From contig NC_083417.1 in assembly GCF_020745735.1 (NCBI RefSeq), forward strand, positions 72,416,001 to 72,480,000: a DNA stretch of 64,000 bases, in the 5' to 3' direction. This stretch comes from Hemiscyllium ocellatum. Lineage: Eukaryota. The position numbers and the translations under genes are program-made. The notes under the pieces were generated by a model, which saw only the letters and a program-made list of their open reading frames with translations, was not told where the DNA came from and searched no databases. Each line of letters opens with the position of its first letter. The stretch's first letter is position 1. Shown piece by piece: positions 48,763 through 60,835 of the stretch.

Positions 48763-49516
48763 TTGACATACCATGATCGCAAACCTCCTGGAGAGATTGA
48801 GCACAAGCAGCAGCAGTTAAATGCTGCATCATCAGAACAAATGTGACAAATGTGGAGAAACTGGTAGACAGGAAGAGAATCTTCATGGAAGGCAGAGTGT
48901 GCTGAAGTGGAGTCAAGGTTATTTAAGCTTGTCGTGATCTTACAATACGAGATCATCGAACTGAAAAGTTAATTCTGCTTCTGCCCACCTCAGAGGTTGA
49001 ATGCTTCCCTTTAAAAAGGTATTTTCTCTGATATATGGGATTTCTCCGTTTTTCACTTCGTATTAAATTAAACTGATCAGTAACTTCATTTCCAGAATCA
49101 ATTTATGAATAGTCGTTTTGAAGCCATTGCTGTAAGCATCTGGGTTTCTTCATATATGTGAAGGATATATTAGCGACTGTTGAATTTGTACAGATTAGAA
49201 TGGATTACAAACTTGACACAGGAATTGTTGGAAACCATTGCATGATTTCACTTATCTCAACAGTTTCCACAACTGCAACTTAGAAAGCAATAGCTAAACC
49301 AACTTTATGTATAGAACAAAACCTAAATTGTAGATAAATATTGAAACAGGGACTTCAATACTTAATGATTTATTTTTCATGTAAAGGTTTTGGCAAATCG
49401 ATTGGTGGGAAATACCATATTTCACAGCCAATTGACCACCTCCATTGTTGTAGAATAACAATGCCCAAGTTGCATTTCAGAAGTCTGACTTCATTCACAA
49501 TTGTTGGTATTTATAG

Positions 49517-49653
49517 TCGAAAACGAAGTGACAGGGAACATGATATATGTTGACTTGGATTTGTCGAGTTCGGGGAGAACTGGGAGAACGCCCCAGAAGG
49601 AAACAAATGCAGTTTATGCGCAGGTAGGGCTGATATTTGTAAAACTGAATTAA
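49517..49653 (+). CDS. Third ITIM-pair exon (MIYVDL, AVYAQV): alternative tail of the + gene or remnant of a paralogue
   Basis: tatttatag|TC, phase 1. Encodes (V)ENEVTGNMIYVDLDLSSSGRTGRTPQKETNAVYAQ, followed by either the CAG|gtaggg donor or read-through VGLIFVKLN*. Confidence 0.7.
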
Positions 49654-50249
49654 AGGAAATTAACACTTAAGTAAAATTAACACAATGCAAATTGACTCTT
49701 CACATTTGATTATATTAAAACGAATTTTAAGAAGTCCTAATAATGTAATCAAAAATAGCATGATGTCATTTCAAACAGTCACTGTAAATAAGAACACTCA
49801 AATAACGGCGATAGCTTTATTTTCACTCGTGGAATGTTTGTGGCGAGACACATTAAGTCCAAAGCTTTTAGATCAATTGTTGCTGCATACGTTCCAAATG
49901 GCGTGGAGAGATAATGAAACACATAGAAGGGAGAGTTCCCTTCAAGATATTTTGGATTCATGGGTTTTAGAAGGAAAATAACAACGGAAGAATATAGTTT
50001 TACACAAAAGCTGCAGGTACGTTTGCACTTCGAGTAAATAATTTCCCCGAATTTTTGCCCTGGTCTTTATTGTAAAGAGAGCCGAATATACCCGGCGCTC
50101 TACCGTACACCCACAATCTATATAAACACGGCAAGATTTCCTTAAACTTCGACAATTCCATAATAAAAAATAAGTTTCTGAACTGAACAGTTCAATTTCG
50201 AAGATTGAAAATAACCGCAAATCATGTGCAGAACTCAACAGAAAGGTTA

Positions 50250-50539
50250 AACATCATATAACTCAAGGTTATAGTCCAACAAGTTTATTTGAAGCATTAA
50301 CTTTCGGAGCGCTGCTCCTTCATCAGGTGGTTGTGAACAATTGGGATTGTCAAACGTGCGTTAAAAGGTTCGGGGAGGAAAGGGTTATTAAGAGAAACAA
50401 GTCAGTTTCGGACGTCAATCATGATGAAGGAGCAGCCCTCCGAAAACTAGTGTTTCCAAATAAACCTGTTGAACTATAACCTGTATTGTGTGATTTCTAT
50501 CTTTGTACACCCCAGTCCAACACCAGCTCCTCCAAATTA
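50250..50539. mobile_element. Short PLE-3 tail inverted pair
   Basis: Inverted termini, each with a hammerhead-like core, separated by about 90 bp. Confidence 0.8.
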
Positions 50540-50775
50540 GAGAGCACAGAAATCTTACAGTTACGTTAGAACAGAAAAGGCTAAAGAGATAGAATTTTTT
50601 TTTACAAAAAGCAGTTCAGTCAAGAATCGAAGAATGAGCAATTGAAAGAATGTCCAATGTCGATAGCATTTACGCAGAAGTTCGGATAAAAGGAAATTGT
50701 ACTGGCATGTTCACCTTTTGATGAGTTAGATTGGTCAAAATATTTTACTAAGTTACCATTTTTTCATCTTTCCAG

Positions 50776-50852
50776 ACTCTCATAGGATCTACATTATTTT
50801 GATATCTTTAGCAAAGAAAATGTTAACGTCTGTGATGCTCTCACTGCTTTGA
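50776..50852 (+). other. Candidate lysine-containing TM exon DSHRIYIILISLAKKMLTSVMLSLL*
   Basis: Strong acceptor ccattttttcatctttccag|, phase-1 compatible with the C1 exon. Its DS..IY start resembles the TM exon at 42371. Confidence 0.35.
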
Positions 50853-50928
50853 ATATAAACCATTTAAACAGATTTTTGCATAGTATTTCAAAAACGCTCT
50901 TACAATAGAAAATGTTTCTTTGTTTCAG

Positions 50929-50955
50929 ATCAAACGAAGGCAATCTGACAATTGA
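50929..50955 (+). CDS. Candidate terminal mini-exon IKRRQSDN*
   Basis: tttctttgtttcag|ATC, phase 0. Would complete ...VYAQ|IKRR as an ITIM after the donor at 49624 or 44592. Confidence 0.35.
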   Translation: MKRRQSDN

Positions 50956-52057
50956 GCTGTGTACACCGATTCATCTATCTCCGGCAGTCATACAACGTAA
51001 AGGACATTTCCTTCAAACCTTTCTCAGTGTAATTATACTGCTTTATACATAGACCATAAATAACAGTAAGGTTGTAACTCAAAGTCATATCAAGCAATAC
51101 GAATGGACTATGAAAATCCCTGCTGTTGTTTACTGAGCGATATGATATCAAATCCTCACAGCAGATTTCATAATTCTTCTGACACTCCAATCAGATGTAA
51201 ATGTGCGTGTATTTTCGATTTATTTCCAACAGCGGGTTTCTCGTTACACGGGTATCGGTTATGACATTTTATTTATGACTTTTCAGGTTTGATATTAACT
51301 GATTCAAGTTTATTCCATCTAATTAATCTTTCAATGCCATGCTAAACCTTAAAGGGGTGATGCAGCATCCAATAAATCTCAGTGATGCATTTCTGTGGAC
51401 TCAAAGTCATGCAGATCGATTCATGCACAGTGCCCTGTTCCTTGCAGACAGAAAGAACATGTGCATTTACACTGGGAAATTGTCAGAAAAATGCATTGAC
51501 TCTGATTGCTCAATCTACCTCGATTAGCAACTACAAAAACCTCGGTGGTAACTATCATTCTGTATTTGTGAGTGCCAAGGCAAACTTATGGCAACAATCA
51601 ATGATCACACGTCAACCAATCAGCACTCTATTTTCGTCCTGAATCAATATTGATTTTCGCCTTGAAATGGAATTTTGCAAATTGTTCTGATGAGTGCAAG
51701 ATGAAAATCTTTGACAGAATGTGTCTTTTTTTTTCAAAGCCTTCAAGCCTGTTAACTACCTGGAAGCAATTGCTTGTCACCTGCCACATTAATAAGCGTG
51801 CTCCCCTCTCGCATCTTTAAGGAATCAATTAAGTGACTACAATTTCCTGTCAAGATCTCTTTGCACTCAGTCAGCCTGCTTCACCCACCAGGACACTTTT
51901 TAAAAACGGAATACAAATTACATCGCATTGTTTCCACTGTCAGTGCTCAATCTTCACATGCCTACCTTTACAAAAGAAATAGTATCTTGGTTTCACCCAA
52001 ACAACTCAACAACTCAGAAAATCTGCAGTTTCAGTGACATGATAGAATACAATCCTT

Positions 52058-52333
52058 ACAGTGAGGAAACAGGCCATCGACCCTCCGAAGACTATCCCAC
52101 CCCGAACTATTCCCCAAATTTCCCCTAATGAATGCACCTAACCGATACATCCCTGAACACTATGGGCAAATTGGCATGGCCAATTCGCCTAACCTGCACA
52201 TCTTTGGGACTGTGGGAGGAACCTGGAGCTCCCAGCAGTAACCCATGCAAACACGGGAAGAATATACAAACTCCACACAGATAGTTACCCGAGCTGGAGC
52301 CAAATTCTGTGAGGGAGCAGTGCTAACCACTGA
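52058..52333 (-). mobile_element. HE1-type SINE, diverged
   Basis: Core ttggcatggccaattcgcctaacctgcacatctttgggactgtgggaggaa and head gcagtgctaaccactg. Confidence 0.8.
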
Positions 52334-52829
52334 ACCATCATCCCGCAAACAAATGTCATTTGGACTGTATTGTTCTACTACCCCAAAAATGCCTGTAGAT
52401 TCAGCATTGCCACCTTCCTCAACAAAGTCAGAATTATTTTCATTGACAAACTTAATAATCTTCCAAATTCTCGAGAAGTCTCCAAACCTGGGCTTTATCT
52501 GATGCACTAATGAGTCAATTAAGACTGTCAGCCAATATAGCCTTTCATTTCTTTTACGAATTATGTCTTCATCCACATGTAAGGGGATCCAATGAACATA
52601 TAATATTTTTCAGTGAGTCAATTAAAATCATATTGCATAGCTTCTTAATGATTTATAACCATCATTGGTCGATGATACTATCGAGGCTTTTAAAAGATCA
52701 GCCAGTTTAGAACTAAAGCCCCCTGTGCTGTTTCTGACGGCAGGAAAGGTACAAAGCATGTTTCTGGGCTTTTCTTAATACACAGGATATTGCACATCCC
52801 AGTGACTTAATTGTTGCAACATGACACTA

Positions 52830-53630
52830 TTTCGGAAAATAATCATCCACTAGACAGTGTATTCAAAAAGAATAGGTGTCCAATGACCCAGTCCACCGAT
52901 TTCTCAGCAGCAAAACCAAACAAGCACACAAAGCTCATCCAGAAACATGAGCCAATTTCCCCTACATTACAGTCATCTTGGAAATGACTGCCAGACGACG
53001 CAGACCTCTTGGCTTCTTGGTAGCCGACAAACCCAAGACACACTAGTGAACTTGGAAGACCCTATAAAGACAATAAGCAAAACTAATGTCATTTACAAAA
53101 TACCTTGCAAGAACTGAAACAAACACTTCATTGGACAAACAGGCAGAAGACTAGCCTCCAGGATACTTGAATAACAACTAGCCACAAAAAGAATGACCCT
53201 TTCTCACTAGTATCCTCACATACAGATGAAGAAGGACGCCACTTTGACTAGGACAACACATCCATCTTAGGACAAGCCAAAAAGATACGCACAAGAATTC
53301 CTAGGAACATGGCATTTCAACCAGAAATCTCTAAACAAATACATTGATAGGATCCTGTTTATCACCCCTCGAGAAAAAGAACAGAAGGAAGTCACCTCAT
53401 GAAATAATACTGCCACAAGAAATGACATCACCAACCCAAGGAAACCCAAACACATAAAGAGAAAGCAGTCCATACCTCGCCTGCTTTATACAGAGGCACA
53501 CTGATGATGTTACCTAGTATGGTGACAAAATATCTGAAAATGACCTTCCCAGCTCAACGAGCAAACCTACACCTATAACCTCAACCTGAGCTACAAATCT
53601 TCTCAAAACTCACTAATCATCCACTATAAA
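52830..53630 (+). mobile_element. Old PLE-2-like fragment (GIY-YIG + tail)
   Basis: VIYKIPCKN*NKHFIGQTGRRLA, and a degenerate hammerhead CTGATGAtgttacctagtatggtgaCAAAA. Confidence 0.8.
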
Positions 53631-55332
53631 AAAGCAGAATTTGACAGAATTCATTGCAGTCAATCAAGTATGTGAACATTATAACTTAAATGCATTATAC
53701 TTCCACTCTGGATTAAACACCACAACATGCATGGTGGTTTATATTTTGATCTGGTCATGTCATCTATTGCATTAACTCCAAGTCTTAACTACTCAGCTTA
53801 TGATAATTTCTCAATTGATTAATACATTATGAACTATTGCAGGAATCTCATGCTTTTGGTAACAGTTTGTACTATACATTTTGAATTTTCAATAAAGGCA
53901 TCCCTTGAACTGAGGTCCATATATTTGATGACTTTCTAAAATATTTTTTTTTGCACTGCAATGCTGAAAGTATAAAGATGTGTGTTTGCAATTGATCTTC
54001 GTTTATGCACCAGTTCTGGCTGGTGTTCAGTTTCAGGCCGATCTCTGATGCATTGTTTCCCCAATCCATTTAGCTTGTATTCCTGAATGTCTCTGGGGCA
54101 AATTTACCTTGTAGCCAGAATTCAAACCTATATCTGCAACATTGCCAATTGTCAGTCATAACAAAGAATTATGCTTTTCGGTGAGAAAGATGGACTCTTC
54201 CAACACTATGTTTAGAAGCATATTTTCAGATATGAGATCCAAATTCCCTCGTGGGAAATTCATTTATTTAGTGCTAACACAATTTTGTTTTCGTGAATGA
54301 TGAAAAAGGGGAGAACTTTGCTTAGTGGTAATACGTTGGAGCGACAATTTGATGTTCAGAGAGGTTAATGAGTCAGAAATACATCCAAAGGATCACAAAG
54401 GTGATTCATTCCTTATTTGCATCAACTGTATAAACTGTATAAACATACTTCTGTTGCTTCCAATGAGAATAAGAGTGAGATTGATTTACGTGCTTTCTCT
54501 TTGTAGCTGAAATATTTCAGCACTCTTCTCTATTTTTCAAGCCATATATCCTTGCGTAGGAGCCAATCAATGAGTTACTTCTGTACTGAGCGCACCCAGA
54601 CAGACACCTATAGAGCTGACATACCCAACATTCTCAGCCACTGCTTGAATAAGTCAACATTCCAGATATGATTCACAATGAGGTCCAGTAACTCATTTTG
54701 AAGCAATCTCCTATATAAAGAATATGGATAACTTAAGTCCTCCCTGTACAACTGTCTGTATTTTTCCTTCGACTCATAAGCTTTGAGTTGTAACTCACTG
54801 GCCTTTAAATACTTTCTTCAAATGTGCTTGTCCAGGATTGCAAGGAATCCAGGGTTACAGACATGCTCCAGCCTTGATGCATCAAATGTCATTGGGAGAG
54901 GGTGTGTGAAATCTATCTGCACCTGTTCCCATTGGTTAATCAATGTTTCTGTACAACTTTACCATATTCACGTTTTCAGGCCCAACTGCTGCTTCAGCCA
55001 CCTCATAACTCAAATCAAGGTGTTGCGGCCTCCTTAGCTACTGTACCTGTCTACTGATTGCCCAACTTAATGAGGTCCTCAACTTTCTGGTGGATTCTGA
55101 CTTTTATTCCTAATACCTCAAGTGCTGGTTCACAGCTTCCACTAAATCATTGACTGTAATAATCTTTTCTTTCATATCTTTGCTCACTATTTTATTCAGT
55201 TAGTGCCCTCTTTAATATTAGAGTGTAGTGCACATGCTATGTGATCATCTGGGTCCGACATTTCAATACATTTCAATGCTCCCTCACAACTGCTGTTTAA
55301 ATATACATTGAATGAATTTAAAGATCATACGT

Positions 55333-55905
55333 AGAACATAGAACATAAAACAGAATAGCACAGTACAGGCTTTTCAGTCATTGATGTTCCACCAAACTTA
55401 ATCCTACTCTAAGTTCAAGCTAACCTACATATGCTTCATTTTACTATCATCCATGTGCCTATCCAAGAATTGCTTAAATGTCCCTAATGTATCTGACTGT
55501 ACCACCATCGTTGGCAGTGCATTCCACTCACCCCTACTCTCTGTGTTAACAGCCTACACTGACGTCTCCCCAAACGTTCCTCCAATCATCATAAAATTAT
55601 ACCCCCTCGTGATAGCCATTTCCACTCTGGAAAAAAAGTATCTAGCTATTCACTCTATCTATGCCTCTCACCATCCTGTACACTTCCATCAGACTCCTCT
55701 TTTCTTCATTCCAATTAGAAAATCCCTAGCTCACTCAACCTTTTTTTTAATATAAGACATGCCCTTCAGTCCAGGCAGCATCCTTGTAAATCTCCTCTGC
55801 TCCTTCTCTAAATATTCACATCTTTCCTGTATTGAATTGACCAGAACTGAACAATATTCCAAGTGTGATCTAACCAGGGCTTTACAGAGCTGCAGCATAA
55901 CCTCG
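55333..55905 (-). mobile_element. CR1/HER1 3' fragment
   Basis: agaacatagaacata tail and the antisense of the RT C-terminal region. Confidence 0.8.
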
Positions 55906-56589
55906 CAACTCTTCCAGTTCTCTATTTGTCTGCATTAGTCTTTTGATGATTTTAAAGCAAATTTCTATACGGAGTATGTGTCAATGTCACATTATTGAAA
56001 GGATGTTTTATTATTCTTCAGGTAAAAATGTCAAAACATTGGAGACGGCTTGGGATTCTTCCACACTCAAAACTGATATTTTATATGGCAGCCAAATGAT
56101 CCAATCCAATTCTCTTCAACTTCTTGATCAATGATACTCATATCTCCAAAAGTAAGCTGTGAATTAATTCACTTCATCTAAACTTTCATTACTTTTGAAA
56201 TATCCCATTTAACTATTAAAATTCAAAATTTATTTTCCTTTCACTATTCAAATACAATATTAACATGATACCCTTAAAAGAGAAATCAAATATTCCTATG
56301 TAAACTCAAACATTGATTGTTCTTGTTCACTAGTTCTTTACAATTGAGTATTTCAGGCTTTCAGAAGTTATAAAAGCATTTTAGTAAATTTCTTTAGAAA
56401 TGTCACTTCGCAAAATACTACAAGTTCACAAGAAGATATTCCGTTCAGAACTTGTCAGCTTCCCGTAACTCTTAATGTGTGTATTCATTCTTGTTACTGA
56501 CAGAACATTTAATGCTGAATGAACTTTGACTCATACAACACTTTTAGCTCACACTTCTTTTTTCAATGTTTGTTGGAGTGCAGCTATCT

Positions 56590-58070
56590 GGTAAAGTTCT
56601 TCACCAGAAGGCCTACAAATAATTAGACTCTATCTGTGGCAGGTAATGAGAGAAACCACAACAGGTGAAAATATATTTGATCTCATCCTTACCAATCTGC
56701 CAGCTGCTGATGCATTTGTCCATAACAGTATGAGTAAAAGTGACCAAAGCACAATCTTTGTGGAGACAAAGTGATGCTTTCACATTGAGCATGCCCTCCA
56801 TTATGTTTTGTGGCACTATTGGCATGCTAGATGGGATTTACTTCACACAGATCTAGCAATCCAAGACTGGGTTTCAATGTGGATGTATTAGTATCTGCAA
56901 CCACTTGGACCAGCAAATCTCACACTCATCCATTGCCATCAAGAGAGGAACTCAACTCTAGATCAATGAAAAGTGAAGGAGGGCATGCCAGAAGCAGCAC
57001 CAGGGCATATATGAGAATAAGGTGTGAACCTAGTGAAGCTAACAAACATGACGGCTTTCCTGCCAAACAGCAAGTGAAAGACCAAGCTAAATGATCCCTC
57101 AACCTGTGGATCAGGACTAAGCTCAGCAGTGAATGGCAAGGCACAATAAAACAACGCACTGGAGGAGGATACTCCACAAATACCCTCATCGTCAATGATG
57201 GAAGAGCCCAATATATTAATGCAAAAGATAAAGCTGATGCACTCGTAGCAATCTTCAGCTAGAAGTGCCAATTATATGGTCCAATTTGTCCCCCAGCATC
57301 ACAGATGCCAGTCTTCAGCAAAATAAATTCACTACATATGGTATCAAGAAATGATTGGAGGCATTGGATATTGCAAAGTCTTTGGGCTTTGACAACACCT
57401 TCAATAGTATTGAAGGTGTGCTCCTGGACTAGCTGCTCCCCTAGCCAAACTCTTCCAGCACAGTTACAGCCCTGCCATCTATATCTGAGAATGTGGGAAG
57501 TTGCCCAAGTTGTGCCCTGGACACCAAAAGCAGGACAAATCCAACCCAGTGTATTACTGCCCCATCTGTCTACTCTCAAATATCAGTGACGGAAGGTGTT
57601 ACCAACAATGCTATCAAGCATCACACACTCAGCAATAACCTGCTCACAGACACAGAGTTCGTGTTCCACCAGGGCCATTCAGCTCCTGACATCATTACGG
57701 CCTTGGGTTGAACATGGAAAAAAGAGCTGAATTCGAGAGGCGAGGTGAGAGTGACTGTCCTCGATACCAAGGCCACATTTGATTCAGTGTGGTATTAATG
57801 AGCTCCAGCAAAATTATAATCAATGGGTATCAAAGGGAGACCTCTCCACTGGTTCGAGTCATGCCTGGCACATAGGTAAATGTTTGTGGTTGTTCTTCAG
57901 TCATAATATTTCTGGAGCATCTCAGCAGGAGTTCATTAGGTAGTGTCCTAGGCTGAACCAACCTCAGCTAACTCATCAACAACCTTTCCTCTATCATAAG
58001 GTCAGAAATGGGAATGTTCGCTGATGGCTGCACAATATTCAGCAACATTTGCAACTCATCAAATAGCATA
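56590..58070 (+). mobile_element. Second LINE family ORF2 fragment
   Basis: NNLLTDTEFVFHQGHSAPDIITALG, VTVLDTKATFDSVW and GMFADGCT. Confidence 0.8.
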
Positions 58071-58240
58071 AACAGCAAGTGATAGACAGAGCTAAATGAT
58101 CCCACTAACAATGCATCAGATCTAAGCTCTGCAGTCCTGACACACTGGGTTGTGAGTGGTAATGGACAATGAAACTACTCACTGGAGAAAGATGTTCCAC
58201 AAAAAAACTCATACTCAAAGATGGAAGAGCCCAGCATATT

Positions 58241-58578
58241 AGTGCTCAGTGGTTAGCCTTGCTGCCTCAGAGCACCAGGAACCCGGATTCTTTTCCAGCC
58301 TCGGGGAACTGTTTGTGTGGAGTTTACATATTCTCCCCTTTTTTTCATGGTTTCCTCCGGGTGCTCTGGCTTCCTCCCACAGTCCAAAGATGTGCAGTTT
58401 AGATGAATTGGACATGCTAAATTGACCATAGCATTCATTGAGTTGAGGCTCGGGTGCATTCGTTCGGGGAAACATAGAGAAATAAGTATAGGTGAATGGG
58501 TCTGGGTGGGAAACTCTTCAAGGGTCAGGGTGGACTTGTTAGGCCAAATGACCCGTTTCCACATTGCAAAGATTCTAT
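58241..58578 (+). mobile_element. HE1-type V-SINE
   Basis: Head agtgctcagtggttagcc, core ggtttcctccgggtgctctggcttcctcccacagtccaaagatgtgcag, and tail. Confidence 0.85.
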
Positions 58579-59048
58579 AATCCACGATACATATTGAAGT
58601 AGTCTATTTTAAAGTGCAACAAGATCTAGGAGAAAGTGAGGGCTGCAGATGCTGGAGACCAGAGTCAATAGTGTGGTGCTGGAAAAGCACATGCAGAGAT
58701 ATTGAATGAAGGAGGAGATTGGCACGATGTAATAGAAGTGGGGCAGGCATGATGGATCAAACGGCCACCACTGCAAAATAACAATTCTGTGATTTGAAGC
58801 ATATTTTCCTAATTAATCCACCTTCGTCCAATTGATTCATAATTTTGACACAGGTTGTTGTTTGCAAGATCTTCCTCATCACAGAGCCTGAACTGACTGG
58901 AGTGCATTTTCTGCTTTTTGTGCATTTTTTTAACAGAGGTATGAATTGGTTATTCTCCTATCTCCTGCCTCATTATCTAAAACTAAATAGGGTTAGAAGT
59001 TGATTGCCAAAGCATTTGAAATTTATCCTGCTGTGCATTTGTGGATCT

Positions 59049-59363
59049 GGGTGGCACTGCTGTCTCACAGTGATAAGGGCCCATGTTCATTTCCAGCCTT
59101 GTGTAACTGTGAGTGTAGTTTGCATGTTCTCTCTGTGCCTATGTGAGTTCCCTCTGGGTGGTCTGGTTTATTCCCACAGTCCAAAGATGCGTGAGTTAGC
59201 CAATCCAAGTTGTCCATAGTGTCCAGGTACATGTAGCCTAGGTGTTTGAGCCACGGTAAATGTGGGGTTAAATGTGGGAGGAGCTGGCTCTAGGGAGAAT
59301 GCTCTTTAGAGGGTCAGTATGGACTGAATGGCATCTTCCTGCACTGTAGGGATTCTATGATTC
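59049..59363 (+). mobile_element. HE1-related SINE, diverged
   Basis: gcactgctgtctcacag...cccacagtccaaagatg...ctgtagggattctatgattc. Confidence 0.75.
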
Positions 59364-59454
59364 TTTTGGTGACCTCAGATGCATTCTATGCAATCCCAGC
59401 GATTTATCAACTTAAATATGATCAGACATTTTTATTGCACTTTTTCTTAACTTT

Positions 59455-59720
59455 TTTGTTGTGGTTCTGTTCGCTGAGCTGGGAATTTGTGTTGCAGACA
59501 TTTCGTCCCCTGTCTAGGTGACATCCTCAGTGCTTGGGAGCCTCCAGTGAAGCGCTTCTGAGATCTTTCCTCCGGCATTTGTATTGGTTTGAATCTGCCG
59601 CTTCTGGTTGTCACTGACCCTTTCCTGAAGAAGGGCTCATGTACGAAACGTCGATTCTCCTGCTCCTTGGATGCTGCCTGATCTGCTGCGCCTTTCCAGC
59701 AACACATTTTCAGCACAATA
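59455..59720. mobile_element. PLE-2 tail (-) abutting a PLE-1 tail (+), each with a hammerhead motif
   Basis: 59494-59533 (-): GCA CUGAGGA U GUCACCU AGAC AGGGGAC GAAA UGUC UGC. About 59627-59663 (+): UUC CUGAAGA AGGGC UCAU GUAC GAAA CGUC GAU. Confidence 0.8.
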
Positions 59721-60835
59721 CACAATTTGCCAACACTTCAGCAAAAATGGTTTGTGTGCTTTGCTGTCCTATTTACAGTCTTAAGTGCAGATGTGCTCAC
59801 TTTGCTTCCTAAAATTTAGTGGTAAGCAAATGTTGATACATTAGTCTGGGCCCCGTTTTTAGCTGGCATAAAATTGCAGTAGCTGAAATCCAAACTTGAA
59901 ACTTTGCTTTATCCCACCAGTTATTCTCTAGGAAGACAAAATGACCCTTTCTTAAAGATCTGCTTTCTGTTTGTTCCCATCAGCTAATCTTATATCCTTA
60001 GCGATTGAATGATTGGTGCTTGCTGATCTTATGTGTGTCACAGGAAGAAACACTGTTAACTCTGCTGAACACGAAACAATAAGATACCTGCAACTGAAAA
60101 ACTACGAACAAAGTTTGTTCAAAAACAACAAAAGTATGCTGCTGGTTCAGCAATAGCTACCCTACACCCACTTGAGTACGATTCTTCATCACAAACTCCC
60201 TTGTGGTACCTTGTGAATATGTATGATTCCCTCAGTTTTTCTTTATCTATATTTTTATTTACACATGGGGAAATCAGCATAGGTTCATATGAAAAATGGA
60301 ATCAGAAGCAATGGTAGGTCAGTCAGTCTCTCCAGTCTGTTCTGCTATTCTGAAGATTCAATATAATGACTGGTATGAGAAGATAGTCCAATTCCGGAGA
60401 GCAAATAAGAAACGCTGTGCAAACAATATCATACTGAATCTGTTGTAACCTCAAATCCACATTCAAAGGGTATCCCTGATAATCTTTCACCTCTTGCTCC
60501 GCCCGAATCTCTCAATTTGGGATTTTAAAAAATTCAAGAACCTTGTTTCCATTGCCATTTGAGGAAGAATGTAGCAAAGACTCATAGATCTCTGAGAGAA
60601 AACAATGTCTATCGCTGTTTTAAATGGTGAACCTCTGAATTTTTGAAACCATGATTTCTAATTCTAGCTGTTCCCATAGGAGGAAACATCTCAATATCTA
60701 TCTACCTTATCAAGACTCCTTCACATGTCGTATGATTCAATGAATGAACCTGTTCTTCTTTGCAGCTGTCCAATCTTTTCCCACGAGACTAATGTTTCAT
60801 AATCTTTGTTGCCTCGACTGAGCTAATTCGTAGTT

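Noticed and set aside
48994-49131. Two small AG/GT-bounded segments upstream of the 49517 ITIM exon
   Set aside because: No phase combination links them to the TM exon and the 49517 exon without stops.
54836-54860. Collagen-like GLQGIQG after an AG
   Set aside because: Only two Gly-X-Y triplets, no good donor and no neighbouring collagen exons.
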